Below are positions 1 to 13,800 of a stretch of 64,000 nt of DNA, in pieces. The stretch spans positions 96,038,001-96,102,000 of the forward strand of contig NC_042997.1 of assembly GCF_006345805.1 (NCBI RefSeq). Direction: 5' to 3'. The DNA is from Octopus sinensis. Taxonomy: Eukaryota. The notes beneath the pieces were generated by a model. It did no database searches and was not told the DNA's origin. It worked only from the letters and a program-made list of their open reading frames with translations. The translations under genes and the position numbers were made by a program. Numbering within the stretch: position 1 is the stretch's first letter; each line of letters starts with the position of its first letter.

Positions 1-700
1 GTTACACAATATATATCCAGATTTCATTCAGATATTCTGCTCGTGGAAATGATGTATAACTGTTGTTTAGGGATTGGCAAATATTTTTCCAAGCAGCATC
101 CATAGCTGAAGGTTTCTCATAACTCATATAATATGCACAACATCCATTACTTTGAACTTCTTCCAGAAGTATTTATCAGTAGGTTACTCCCCACCTTCAA
201 ATTTATAATTTGTTTAAGAGTTCTTCCTAGACAAATGCCCCGAAGTTGGCTATCACACAATGATCCATTTACTAGAGCAACGAAGTTGTATTTGTGGTGA
301 TATATTCTACGTCTATTAATGATAAATCTTATATAAATTCTTTGGATTACTTGGTGCAATCTCTAAAAGCAGTGATGCTTTGTTGAGTGCATCATATCTG
401 GCGCTGTATCTTTCTACATCATGCCAAATAATGTTTGTAAGCAACTATTCAAAAATACAAGTCATTCTTATTTGAATGTTCCTAGTCCTTCTCATTTGAA
501 GACTAAATCAGTGGTAATTTTAACTTCACCAAACTTGAAAGCACTTGCATTTCCGAAGTAATACTCGAATCGGGAGCTCTAATTTCATAAAAAAATTCAT
601 TTCTTCAAAGAAGAGACGTTTAATTTTTAGTGGCTTTAAGCCTTGGTGTTGATATTTCTAGTAAGCTTGAGATTCCAGAAAATACAGCAGCTTTATGAAT
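1..700 (-). mobile_element. Degenerate pogo/Tigger-family DDE transposase relic
   Basis: Frameshifted minus-strand translation gives GNAS, NKASLLLEIAPSNP (cf. KALLLLDNAPxHP), TTNTTSLL**MDHCVIANF (cf. PPNTTSLLQPMDQGVIANF), GRTLKQII and AMDAAWKNI, in the order expected for the DDE_1 domain. Many stops; boundaries approximate. Confidence 0.6.
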
Positions 701-894
701 GCATCTTTTAGTTAATCTCCATGCAGATTACGTGAAGGTATATGAAAGCATGCATATACACACAAGCCTGCACTCATATACCTTCACGTGCACTCAGACA
801 CACCTACACACACTGATAATATACATATATATATGCATGAAGTTTCATATATATATCGATGTATGTATAAGTTTATGCAAGCATGCATGTATAA

Positions 895-909
895 GTGCAT
901 ATATACATA

Positions 910-979
<70 letters not shown>

Positions 980-1028
980 GGTCCCGGGTTGAGTCGGGGT
1001 TAACCACAGTAAGCTCCTTCTATAAAAT

Positions 1029-1096
<68 letters not shown>
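895..1096. repeat. (TA)n microsatellites flanking a short A-tailed insert
   Basis: (TA)n to 976 and from about 1043, read directly. Confidence 0.9.
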
Positions 1097-1098
<2 letters not shown>

Positions 1099-1789
1099 TC
1101 CCCATCTAAATACATTTGTAACACGTATCGCAGTGCTGACCAACAATAATAATGGTGAAACTCTAATATAAACATGTGCTTGAATTTATTTCTTCTACAT
1201 TTGCTCTATAATAATCAGTAATCAGTACAGAAGTTACTTAACCATTATACAAGTCGTAAGCTGCAGGATAATAATAATAATCTTCGCAGAGCACTAAGCA
1301 TAACAGTATCAGTCGTATTTAGTATAGTGTATTTATACTTAACTAGGAGCATTCTATCCTAATCACTGCCCGAATGACATTTGATTAATACACGAATGTA
1401 TACCGAAACAAATATGTTTGTCTAGATTCATTGAATTGATATATTTGTCAATAGACAGCAATATTAGATTGAATTGTTTAGTTGCGCAACATATTGGTAA
1501 AGAAGTCTAAAAGAGAAACTACCTTTTCAGTTGTACTATTTTAGATTTTATTTCCTTGGATCTCTATGTCTGTGTTTTATACTTCTGTTTTGTTCTTTTC
1601 AGTCTGTCTCTGCGTATATATAGTCGCATAAAAATGTACAGCGACAATGGCACAAACTCACTATATTTTTGTTATTTTAAAATGTTCTGTCTACTTTGCC
1701 ATGCATTCTTCACGTTCCCTTTATACAGCTTCTAATATTCACAAATACCCATACATATACTGGCACGTATATACCCATATATATGTGCA

Positions 1790-1848
1790 TAAATGTGCAG
1801 TTATCCATACATACACACACATACCCATGCATATATACATACATACAC

Positions 1849-1912
<64 letters not shown>

Positions 1913-1943
1913 TATATACACACACATATATATATATATAGAT

Positions 1944-2011
<68 letters not shown>

Positions 2012-2040
2012 ACACTCTGACGCCCACGCACAGACACAGT
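1790..2040. repeat. Compound (TACA)n/(TA)n/(CA)n/(TG)n microsatellite
   Basis: Read directly; source of the overlapping YI/TH/VC ORFs. Confidence 0.9.
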
Positions 2041-2970
2041 GAATATATTAATTTCTTCGTCCTCGGTTCTTCCTTTATATCTACATACCCTTAATCATCT
2101 CCCTAGCATCTATGTCTCCAGCCGCAGACACTCATCTACATAGAGATGCAAACACCCAAGCCCTCCTACACCATCTCTTTCACTTTCCTCTCGCATTCGT
2201 GCTCTCTATACGAACACTCACATAATTCCCAACAATCTAGCACATTAATGCTTTCGCAATCACACTTCAAATTTTCTTCCACTTATATTCTGACTTTCTG
2301 CTACAATCTCGCAGCTTGCAGCCCAACAACAATCGCCAGTCAGTCGTTTGTGTCTCACATTTTGTCGAATCGTTCCTGTGTTGTCAGCAGGGGGAAATTG
2401 CAGCCAAATGTAACAGGAACCTCATTGCTTTTTAGAGATTTGCAGTAATAAACTTAATGCGAATCCTGTAGTCACGTTTCTTAAAAATAACACTTGGTGA
2501 TTCTATATTATAGAAAAACGAAACAGAAATTAAATTTTAGATTTATCTTACGTATTACAGTTTCATTAAAGGTTTTATCAGAGGTCAAAGTAATGCTCCT
2601 AACATCCTTTGATAGATTTCTGAGACTGTTGAGAAAAAAAAACTAGAAATATAAAAAAATATTCGTGTCGTAGATTACTGCAGTAGGAAAGAATACTGGT
2701 AGTTATCCACGAAAGCTAAGTCCTAGAAAAGAAATTTGCAACTAAGCGTGATACGCTAAATATATCCGTAGCCCAAGTGTCTGTTAGAAATATGCTACTG
2801 AATAATATCTAACAGCGATTTTTTTTCGTCACATTACGTTCTTAATTCACTTCCCACGCGGTAACTAGCGGTAACTAGAAACTTGCACATACACTCACAT
2901 ACACATAGAAACACTCATACACACATACATGCACATGCACTCTCATATACATATACATACACACACACTT

Positions 2971-3029
<59 letters not shown>

Positions 3030-4050
3030 CTGAAATTAATGAAATGGATTATTTATTACCAGGTGGTGTGTTTCAAAGTTCAATGATGGAAGACAATAAA
3101 TGAGAAAAGAGCGAATGGTTTATTTGTAAACATGCACCAACACACATAGAGGGAAATAAATCTTTCATAGAAAAAAGTAAGTGATAATGTTTATGTAAAA
3201 AATTTAGTAGATACCACAGATATATGAAATATTCATATTTCTGTGCCGAACACATTAATGTTAATACTGCAAACATCGTGGTATTTAGGCTTAATATTTC
3301 ACTGTAATAAACATTTCACCTGCTACATATCTATTACTCTTGGTTAGAATTCTTTGCTTTTGGGGGAAATAGGGTGTCTTATGTATGTACGTATGTATGT
3401 ATAAACGTATATCATTATTCCATTTTATTTCAAGATCTCTTGCCAATAGAGAAATAGCCGGTTTCTATTGGAGATCAAATGCTTCATTATTGGAATTTCA
3501 ACATCAACAACAGGGTATTTTTGTATGTATGTTTATGATTATGTGCAGATTTGTATTCTTTTATTTTATGTATGTATTCTCATGCATAACGTTTCATGTC
3601 TAGACATGTTCATATATACTTAAATTATAAACTTGTAACTTTTAGAAATTTTTACAGTTCCAGTGATAGCTTGGATCTGTAGTCTTCGAATTAGCTTTCG
3701 CCTTTTTGGTTTAGAGAAGCCTAATTTCTGCGTTACCTAACTGAATGCTCCAATAAGTAGAGGTGTAAGTGTGAGCTTGAATCTGAGTAGAGTAACTGTA
3801 TATTTCTTCTCGCAGATCTTTCGCTTTATATTAATATCCGCAGAACAGCTGAGTTCCAAAACTGTAGAGAGACTCTCTTGTCTATCCCAAATCACGGTGA
3901 TAGGTCCTTTTCGTTGTCATTTCATTGAGGTTTTCACTGGAATATTACGCCAGAACGCACTGCAGTGAGTGGATATAGCTTTTACATTACGTAGGTTCTT
4001 ATTTCTGTAGCCTAATGGTTATCCTTCAGAAGGATCTCATTATAAAATTA

Positions 4051-4135
<85 letters not shown>

Positions 4136-4279
4136 CATATGTGTGTGTGTGTGTGTAAGTATGATGATAAAATATAATTATAAAATATGTTATAATTATA
4201 CTTAAATATAAATTAAATAATATGGTCGTGTTAGTATGCTGGCAACTGATTTATCATTAAATAATGACTTTATTCTAAT

Positions 4280-4311
<32 letters not shown>

Positions 4312-4326
4312 ATGTTATATGTACAT

Positions 4327-4596
4327 AACCAGCACTCCGTCGGTTACGATGACGAGGATTCCAGTTGATCCGATCAACGGAACAGCCTGCTCGTGAAATT
4401 AACGTGCAAGTAGCTGGACACTCAACGGGCTCGTGTATCCTTAACGTAGTTCTCAGGGAGATTCAGCATGACACCAGGTGTGATAAGGCTGGCCCTTTCA
4501 AATACAAGTACTGCTTATTTTGCCAGCTGAATAGACTGGAGCAATGTGAAATAAAATATCTTGCTTAAGAATACAATGCGTCGCCTGGGATTGAAC
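4327..4596 (-). mobile_element. tRNA-derived SINE, head truncated
   Basis: Ends in CGTCGCCTGGGATTGAACT (reverse complement of a B-box GTTCAATCC). The body resembles a high-copy octopus SINE (from memory, not searched). Confidence 0.6.
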
Positions 4597-4960
4597 TTCG
4601 GGAGGCTCCAGTCCGACCTCACCACCTCGCACATACTCCCCAATTTACCACTTCTCTTCTTCAAACGAGCCGACAACGTACATGACTTTCTGGTCTACAG
4701 TTACTTCCCTAACTCCACCGCTCAACCTTGCTCGATACCTGCTACCGCCCACGCTAACGCTCTTGCCCCAAGCTCTTGCCCCAAGCTCTTCAACGCTACC
4801 ATCCTCACAAGCATCCATTATCGTCTCTATCATATCATTGACTCTTTTACCTGCATTTCTTGCAGCGTCATTTACTGCATCTCTTGCTCTTTCTGCCCTT
4901 CTCTGTACATTGGTCAAACAGGACGCCGTTTGGCTGACCCGCAAACAACTAGACGCCTCT
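4597..4960 (+). mobile_element. Penelope-like element fragment (linker + GIY-YIG endonuclease)
   Basis: ORF 4561-5034: LQSDLTTSHILPNLPLLFFKRADNVHDFLVYS ... DSFTCISCSVIYCISCSFCPSLYIGQTGRRLAD, the typical PLE Cys-linker and GIY-YIG motif. Confidence 0.8.
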
Positions 4961-5119
4961 TTTGTCCCATCCTTTCATCCTGCACTCGTATTCTCCTGCA
5001 GTATTTCCAACATTTCTGTCGCATGTCTCGATAGTTCAACTATATATATGTATATATGCAAATATTTAGATATATAATATTTGGGACTAATGGTTATATG
5101 TCGATTAGTGTCTCGATGC

Positions 5120-5198
5120 ACATTATTTACATTATTTACATTATTTACAATTGACGGATATCTGTCCTCATCTTGTATGTTGTTAACACAATGTTTTG
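5120..5198 (-). mobile_element. 3' fragment of the hammerhead-bearing SINE family (see 33.7-34.4 kb)
   Basis: (CATTATTTA)3-CAATTGACGGATATCTGTCCTCATCTTGTATGTTGTTAACACAA matches 33752-33815. Confidence 0.8.
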
Positions 5199-6055
5199 CC
5201 AATGTCATTTTTGCGATGTGTGGTCTGGTGTTGCCTTGCAATAAAATATCATAGGATTTGTTGACTAATCTAGGCTGTTTTTTTTCATTTTTTGGAAGTT
5301 TCTGCATCATTTGGTCCATTTGGTTGCTGTATACTTTGGCTGTGATTGATGAACCAGCTTTAATGAAATCAAAATGGATCACACCTGCGCCAGACCATTA
5401 AACACACACAATCAGCTTCTTTTGATGAATTTTGCTCTTTTGGACTATGTTTTGCTGGCTCGTCTTTGTGATGAAGGCTTACAGTTGTTGGATTGGATCC
5501 ATTTCTCATCACATGTTACGGTTCAATTAAAAAATGATTCATTTTTTACGACAAAGTAGCATAATCCACGTTTCCAAACGTTGCTCTTTCTGATTTTCAA
5601 TGAGTTCATGTGGAACTCACTTACCCAACTTTTTAACTTTACCGATTTGAACTAGGTGAGTCAATATTGTTTGCTTCTTAACACCAAACAACAACGATAA
5701 TTCACGGGCACTTGAGATGGATCTGACATGGCGGTTGCTTTCAGTTCGTCATTATCCATCTTTGTTTCTAGTCGACCGCGCTGCTTATTTGTGAGGTCAA
5801 AATTTCCAGAACGAAATTTTGCAAACCGATTTGATACTGTCCGCTGTGCAATATCATTAGTATGAAATACTCCATTAATATACCAAGCTGGCTGTGATGC
5901 TGTATTTTGAAGAAATAACTCATATTTCAAGACTGTACGGATTTCCGACTTATCCATCTCTAAACAAAAATAGCAAAAATCGATTTATAAATAATTTATA
6001 AAGCGCAAAGTGAGGTAGAATGAAGAAACAGATGTGTCAGTTTTCTAACACGAAA
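5199..6055 (-). mobile_element. Mariner transposase relic, 3'-truncated
   Basis: ORF 5661-5957 MDKSEIRTVLKYE...RTVSNRFAKFRSGNFDL...RGR...DNDELKA (mariner HTH region); downstream IHFDFIKAGSSITAKVYSNQMDQM...LLQGNTRPH (DDD region). The 5' boundary is approximate. Confidence 0.8.
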
Positions 6056-7659
6056 TAAATATTTTCATAATATAATAATGATACAAAATGAGCAGTTGTC
6101 AAATTTGACCATATTTACTATAAATTTCATACTTGACGATCTAATATTTATATATAACTCGAAAGGAAAGAACATAAGATCACCGATTGTTTAGAAGATA
6201 TTTAGTTACACAGTCTTATCTACGTTTCATTAGCATAAATTAGTTATTAGTTGCATAATGCAATTGCTTAATCAAAACTTATAGCCAAATCTCCAGAGAC
6301 ATGTATCATATATTATTGGATTGAAACAAGTCAAAATTAATCATCGTGGTGATGACTAATGGTTGTCTGATATGAAGTTTTCTGTTATATTTTTGATGTA
6401 GTAACATGGTTTTGATGATGGGACAATAAGTTTTTATTATGCTATTTGCATTCTGTAGCTAAAAATCATATTATTTCAATGAAATGCACGTAGGACTGTG
6501 TATCTAAATACCTTATAAATTTTTGCAACGGGTCGATCCAAGACCTAAGGGTCAAAAATTATTTACGTAAAAGACCGTTAGATTAATTGCGTCACAACTT
6601 GAAATGTGGCTGATTTAAGTGAATATATGTCGACAACTCAGTGTCTTTTAAATTGCAAAGCTCATAATCAGAAAAAGGGAGAGACAGGGAATATGTATGT
6701 GTATACTAGTAGGCTTGTGTACGCATATGTTTGAGCGGGTATGCGTGCGTGCACTCGATTAGTTTAATTCCGTTTGACAACTGTGTTAAGGGTACAAGTA
6801 GCCTGTAGCTTCTTCGCGCTACCGAAACAAGAATGTGTGCTCGTGCACACACATACAAACATAGACTCTCTCTCACACACACACGCACACGCACACACAT
6901 ACGCACACACACAAACAAACAAACAAACGCATGCATATATGTGTGTTTAGCCACTAACATTATATTGATAAGCTATCCTCTAACTACGATGGTCGGACTC
7001 TCCCATCGAATGATCGTCCAGTTGTTTCATCAACCAGATAAATTGCTCATTTGAATTAGCATAACAAATGGTTCACACAGAATTCACACTCAGTTCTTAA
7101 GATAATTAAAGGCTATGATACAGCCACTTGCTCAAAATATTTCGCATCGGGATCGAACCCGAGATTTCATAGCTGCCAAACAAAATTGTAAATCCTTCAT
7201 ACATGCTTGTCTCCACGAGCTTAACAATCCAGACGAACCATAGAACATTGAGATGAAAAAGGAATTTTTGCCTCTAATATTAATTTTGGACTATATTTTA
7301 CACAAGATTCAAATCGCAAAACCTCTTGATTTAGATTTTATTACCAAGAAATTCAGTAGAATAGTTGATATGAATAGCACTCAACTTAGAAACGAAAAAA
7401 ACTTATAAATGTGTTAGTTAGTCAGTTCGAACAATAGTAACTGTGTGCAATAACATTGTCAATAGAAGCAATTTTTAAATTGTTCCCTCCTAATGTAGAA
7501 TTACTTTTATATTATCTTTATTATTCATAGTGCAAGGTGAACAATAAATATTCAAGATAGATGAATGATGTACAGATGTTAGAACTTGTGCTTAAAAGAT
7601 TCCTCTTTCTCATTATATATTCTGCACTTTGCACAGATTTGTCTATTTTTGCCTAAATG

Positions 7660-9420
7660 ACATTTGTCCGCAGTGACTAGATTTGAGCACGCATTGAGGG
7701 ACCTTCCTTTTCTTTCTTACAGTCTCCCTTCTTCATCCATAACCAATACTTCTCTGCAAATACGTTCTCCGTGTGTCTTAGAGGATGACCGTGGAGTTCA
7801 TTTATCCAGATGCTTCTTTCAATTTCCTGAATTTGTCTTTGTTTGTATTCCGTTGCCGTCACCAGTGCACCTCTCTCCTATCCTCCGACAACTGAAATCA
7901 GTTTTTTTTCCTGAGTTTCTTGTTATTTACTCTTTGGTATCACATTTTGCCATCCCCACACTTTCTTCTACGAATATCATTCCCCTCCCACTCTTTAAGT
8001 GGTACGTACATCCTATCAATACTGTCCCTGAGACGTAGCGACCTGCACATGGATATTATCTTTCTGGTTTTACAATATACGTCTCTAACTTCTCCCTTAG
8101 GCTAGTTCAGGAAAGGAGCAGAATATCGTGTAATGGAAATCACCCATGTGTTTACTGCAGAATGCTTTTTCTCTATTCAGTTTTGCTTTTAGCACTCTTT
8201 TTACCCTCGAAAGATATTCATTTCTCACCCTTTTTTTATTTCTTGACGGAAGATTCTATGTGTCCCCAATACACCTATGTACTTGTAACGGTCAGTCTCA
8301 TTCATTGCTCGGATCGATGTCTTATTCAGAGATTAATCCCTTCCGAGTTGGACGTCTTCCTTTCTTTATCACGAGCGTCGCACATTTTCCTATTCCAAAC
8401 TCCATACCAGTAATTTTACTCACAACTTTAACAGTCTGAACCAGCGAATCTTAAGCTTTCTTTGGGCAAATAATTTCAAGTCGTCCTTAAATAGGATGTG
8501 GTTTATTTCCCCACCACTGCAAAACTCGTAGCGTAGTTTAACCTCTTTCAAGGTTAATAAAAGAGGTATAAGAGCAACCACGAATAGCAGTGGTGAGAGA
8601 CTATCACTTTGGATTATTCCCCTACTTACGCTGACTTCACCTAACTTATCAGGACCTGATGTTAGTATAGTTCTCCATTCTTTGTCTTACAGTTTTGTAA
8701 AAGTTGGGCAACATTGGCAGCTATTCCAAATATACTGAGGCAGTCTAGGATCCATGAGCGTAACACATTGTCATATGCATTTTGGTAATCAATCCATGCC
8801 GTCGCTAAATTTTTCTTCTTGGTTTTCATGTCTCGGAAGTCTTGCTGATCATTATACAATGAGTGGTTTGTTTGTACCTTTGGAACCGTTTCAACATCTT
8901 TTCTGTTCTTCTAGCAGCAGATTTCCCTATTCAAGATACTTATATATATCCTTTGCACATCAACTTTTTGAAACTTCTGGTTCAGTGGAAGGCAAGTCGG
9001 AAGTTTTCTTTACATCTTTCAGTATCAACAATGTCCTGCCTTTCGTTTTCCATTCAAAAACATCTGTATCAATGCAACTATTTTGTTGTGTTCATTCTAT
9101 CATGAAGTCCAGTGAAACGACTTAACCAAATTTCTGGACCAAATCTGGTCCAGGAGATTTCCAGTTTGGTATCTATTTCAGGACATTTTAAAACTTTTCT
9201 CCTGTAATCGCTATGCATCTCTCTCTGATTTAGTGAATCTGCGTTATTTGCTTTTATCTTTTTCAAACATTCAGTATCACCATTGTATCTTACCTCGTGC
9301 CTCCAATTATTTCTACATTATTAACATTGTTTTACTTTTCAGGGCTCTTGGTCTTGTTTGCTCTTATTGATTCTGGGATAGCGGACAGCAGCCTCTTCTC
9401 AGCGGTCTCACAACGTGACT
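7660..9420 (-). mobile_element. R4/Dong-type non-LTR retrotransposon fragment (copy E), degenerate
   Basis: KKKNLATAWIDYQNAYDNVLRSWILDCL (RT domain 3) with a QSDSLSPLLF-like motif downstream; many frameshifts; truncated at both ends. Confidence 0.65.
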
Positions 9421-9508
9421 GTGATAATTAGTTGTTAATTTTCGTGGAAGATCTTCAACATACAAGTACCAGTCTCAAATTATATTCTCTTCCCATCAGA
9501 GCAGTTTG

Positions 9509-9663
9509 TCTTCTTCTTCTTCTTCTTCTTCTTCTTCTTCTTCTTCTCTTCTTCTTTTTCTTCTTCTTTTTCTTCATCTTCTTCTTTTTCTTCTTCTTTT
9601 TCTTCTTCTTCTTCTTCTTCTTCTCTTCTTCTTCTTCTTCTTCTTCTTCTTCTTCTTCTTCTT
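9509..9663. repeat. (TTC)n microsatellite
   Basis: Read directly. Confidence 0.95.
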
Positions 9664-9667
9664 TTAT

Positions 9668-9863
9668 GAGGTGACAGAAACGTAAGCACGCCGGTCAAAA
9701 TGCTTAGCGGCATTCGTCCATTTTTACATTCTGGGTCCAAATTCCATCGTGGTCGACTCTACTTTTCATCGTTTCGGGGTCGATAAGATTAGTACCATTT
9801 GAACAGTAGGGTCGATGCAAACGATTTGCCCCCCACCTCCTCGAACTTGCTAGCCTAGTGCCA
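9668..9863 (+). mobile_element. tRNA-derived SINE family X
   Basis: GCACGCCGG..AAATGCTTAGCGG...GTCGACT...TTTCGGGGTCGATAA..AGTACCA core, shared with copies at 51.9, 55.1, 60.8 and 61.0 kb. Confidence 0.8.
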
Positions 9864-10747
9864 TCTTCTCTCGTAAGCTATATTCGATATATATCTATTT
9901 TGGAGTAACGCATACGATGCATTATCACTAGCTTCACGATGTTGGCATCAATTTTCCTGATCTTAAAAATGAACAAGTTAATAACAATGAGGCTGTGTGC
10001 TCATATCTATGACTAATGTGTCCAATTTTGTTTATGACATGCAATTCGGTTATCAGATTATCCCTTAATCTAGGATAGAGAGTACGTAATTCCACCATTT
10101 TCAGAGACACCTAGATCTTAAAACTTCCCGCAAGTTGATATTTTTATACTTCGATGTCTCTATCTAGAGTGTTATTGTATGTACTTCATAGTTTTTCCTC
10201 ATAAATGTAGCTTTGTTGCATTTATCAAGTATAAATGTTATTTTGATGTCATTACTAAATTGTTTGACTGCCTGAAGGAGCACTTATAGTTGTTGATCAT
10301 TTGTCACAAAACGTTTCAATTCACCCACATAGAGAAGATGGTTGGTGGGTTTTCTTGAAAGACGCTTTATCAATAGTTTGTCTCATTCACGAATTTATTT
10401 AGAAGAACAATACTAAACACAAAGCAAAGAAGACAGTGAGATTCTCACAATGAATATTGACTTCACCAGAACTTGCAGTTGTAATGCCAGTATTTAAAAC
10501 TGAGAAATAATTCAATTTCCACCGCTCACTGATTTAAAATAAAAAGTAGAATTCTGATTATTGATAAAATTTAAATGCCTCCAGGCCTTCAGCTTTCCAG
10601 CTGAAAGGAAAACTGACAAAAAACCATTTTATAGTTTACTCAAGCCACCAAAAGTTGTTTACACCATCGTGATAAACATCAACAATCATATTCTGACTTA
10701 CCATTTTAATAGAAATAGTAATGATTATATTAATATTGTTTATTATT

Positions 10748-10791
<44 letters not shown>

Positions 10792-10804
10792 TATTATTAT
10801 TATT

Positions 10805-13800
10805 CAGTAGTTTTATTTTTATAGCGTGCTTTCACTGCACTACCGAGCGCAGCTCTGTGTGCCTTAGGTATGTGCTGTGATTTGTTGTGGTGATCTGATG
10901 ATTATTGTATGGAAAGTGTTCTGCGTAGGATGTATGCGGTGCCTAGTAGTGCAATTATATGTATGTTATATGTGTTTGTAAGACCTGGTGATTTTGTTAT
11001 GTATTTGTCTGAATATTTTTTATCATGCTTAATGCACCTACTATGATAGAAATTGTTTCTGTTTTTAGATTCCACATTCTGGTTACCTCTATTTCCAGGT
11101 CTTTGTATTTTGAAAGTTTCTCCATTTCTTTTAGAGACACGTTGTCATCTGCCGGTATTGATACATCAATTAGAAAGTTTTTTTTTCTTCATGATCTCTG
11201 ACAACTATATCTGGTCTGTTAGCCTTAATTTCTCTATCTGTGTGTATCGGCATATCCCAGAGTATGGTTGCTTTCTCGTTTTCTGTGACGTTTTCTGGTG
11301 TGTGACTATATCATCTTTTTTCTCTGGGCAGCCAGAGATAATATGATTTATTGTTTCTTGTCCATCTCCACATATTCTGCAGTTACTTGTTATATTTCTT
11401 TTCATTACAGGTTTTTGGTAATTTCTGGTGGGGAGGCTTTGGTCTTGTGCTGCAATTAAAAATCCCTCTGTCTCTGCTTTGAGTCCTGAGCTTCTCAACC
11501 ATTGCTGGGATTTTTCTTTGTCTATTTCTTTTGCGTTTAGTTTAGTTCAGTATTTACCATGAAGGGGATGTTCTTGATATTTTTGCATTCCTATGGTGGT
11601 TATTTTATAGTAGTTTTCCAGCTGTATAAGGACTCTACCACCTTCTATACGTTGTATATATAGTCTTTCTATCCTAGATCCTGTCATTATTTTTCTTGTT
11701 TTCCTATCTATTTTGGTCAGTTCATTTAGTGTCCAGTTAAGGATATCGTAGCTGTAACTTATAACTGGGACAGCTAAAGTGTTAATACCTATTATCTTGT
11801 TTTTAGCATTGAGTTCTGTTTTTATTATTGATCTAACTCGTCTATAATATTCTTTTTTTATTTTCTCTTTCATTTTTGTGTGTTGTGTCTTATCTAGTTC
11901 ATGGATTTCTAAGTATTTGTAAGTTTGGCTTTGGTCTAGTTCTTTTATTTCATTGGTTTTATCTAGTGTGATGTTGCTACTCTTAACTAGTTTTCCTGTT
12001 TTCATGGTTACTTTGGCGCATTTTTCTAATCCAAATTTCATATCTATTTCTTTGGTAAATCCATGAACTGTCTTTAATAGTGTTTCCAGCTGTTTGTCAT
12101 TTGCAGCGTATAGTTTTGGGTCATCCATATACAAAAGGTGGCTGATCGTTTTGCCGTAACATTTATATCCGCATCCAGTTCTATTTAGCATATCAGATAG
12201 AGGCGACAGTGCCAAGCAGAAAAGGAGTTGAGAGAGCGTGTCTCCCTGGAATATTCCTCTTCTAATGGGGATGGCTTTGGTTTTCAAGAGTCCCTCTTTT
12301 GTTTGGAGCTGTAGCACTGTTTGCCATTTATTCATAGAGTGCCCTGTGAATTTTATAATTGTTGGTGCTACTTTGTTAATGGCTAGTGTTTCGAGGATCC
12401 ACGTGTGGGGGAAGCTATCAAACGCCTTTTTGTAGTCGATCCAGGCCATACTGAGGCCTTTCTTCTTTCTGTGGCTGTCTTCAGTTATGGCTTTATTAAT
12501 CATTAGTTGATCTTTACAGCCATATGAGCCTTTGCGGCATCCTTTCTGCTCTTCTGGAAACAGGTTGTTTACGTCCAGGTGCTTGTTCCACCTTTGCGAT
12601 ATCACTGCAGTAAATGCTTTGTACATTGTAGGAAGACAGGGTATTGGTCTGTAGTTTTCTGGTTTTGCTGTCTCATTTGATTTGGGAATTAAGATGGTTT
12701 TCCCTTTCGTGAGCCATTCAGGCATTGTCTCTGGCTCTGCTAGTATGTTGTTAAAGTTTTCAGCCAGCTTTTTGTGCATTCCTGTTAGATATTTCAACCA
12801 GAAGTTGGGGATCTTGTCATGCCCATGTGCCTTCCAGTTGCTTAGTCTTTGCAGTGCCTGGGTGACCTCTTCAGTTGTTATGGGGGTCCAAAGTTGCTCA
12901 GATGCTGAGTTTGTTGTTTTAATACTCCCTTTTTTGGGTTGTTCGTTCGCCAACCATATTTCTCTCCAGAATTCTTCCACTTCTTCTGCCATTGGTGCTG
13001 CAGTGATTTCTATTTTATTTTTGCCAATTTCTTGGTAGAACTTTTTGGGGTTGGAGTTGAACTTTTTGTTTTATTCAAAGAAGCGCTGGCGTTTCTCGTA
13101 CCGGCGGATCTTTTGTGCTTTGGCGAGGATATCTTGCTTCACCTTTTCTTTTATCTCAGGTAAATCTTTTTCTGTGATGTTATATTTGCGGAGTATTTTT
13201 GTTTTCTTTTTGTTGCTCAGTAGCGTTGATTGTCTACTGATTTCATTAAGAATCGACAGCTCTTTTCTCATTTTTTGTATTTTGTTTTGGGTGTTATTTA
13301 TCCACAGGGTTTGTTTGAGTGGTAGTACTCCTGTTTGGATGGCTTTGAGTGAGTATCCAGCTTCTTTTATGGCTGCAGTGGCTGCTGCGTATACTAAGTC
13401 ATTTAGCTCAGTGATATCGCTTTTTGTTTCAGTGGCTATTAGTTCCGTGACGGCTAGGTTTATGCTGTTTATAATTGGTGTTGTTGTTTCGTCTATTTTG
13501 ATTTTTGGGAGGTATGGTCGGTGGTCCATTTTGAGCTCTGTGGTTTTCAGTTCTTTGATTATTTTACTTTTTATATTATCATAATCATTACGCTCCCCTT
13601 CGTTGTTTCTAGGTTTTAGATTTCTGTCGCGCTTTCTTTCTTATTTATATGTTTGTTTGCCGTGTTTTGGCTTGCTGTTTGTCGTGTATTATTATGCATC
13701 CTTACGGTCTGAGTTTGTTGTCTTTTGTTTACATCGTGTTTGTTGGGAATGTTATGTTTGTATTCGTGTTTTACTGTTTCAGTGTTTATATTATTGGGCA

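Noticed and set aside
10895-10920. CTGATGA...GAAA in R4 copy A
   Set aside because: Antisense to coding sequence; the helices do not pair.
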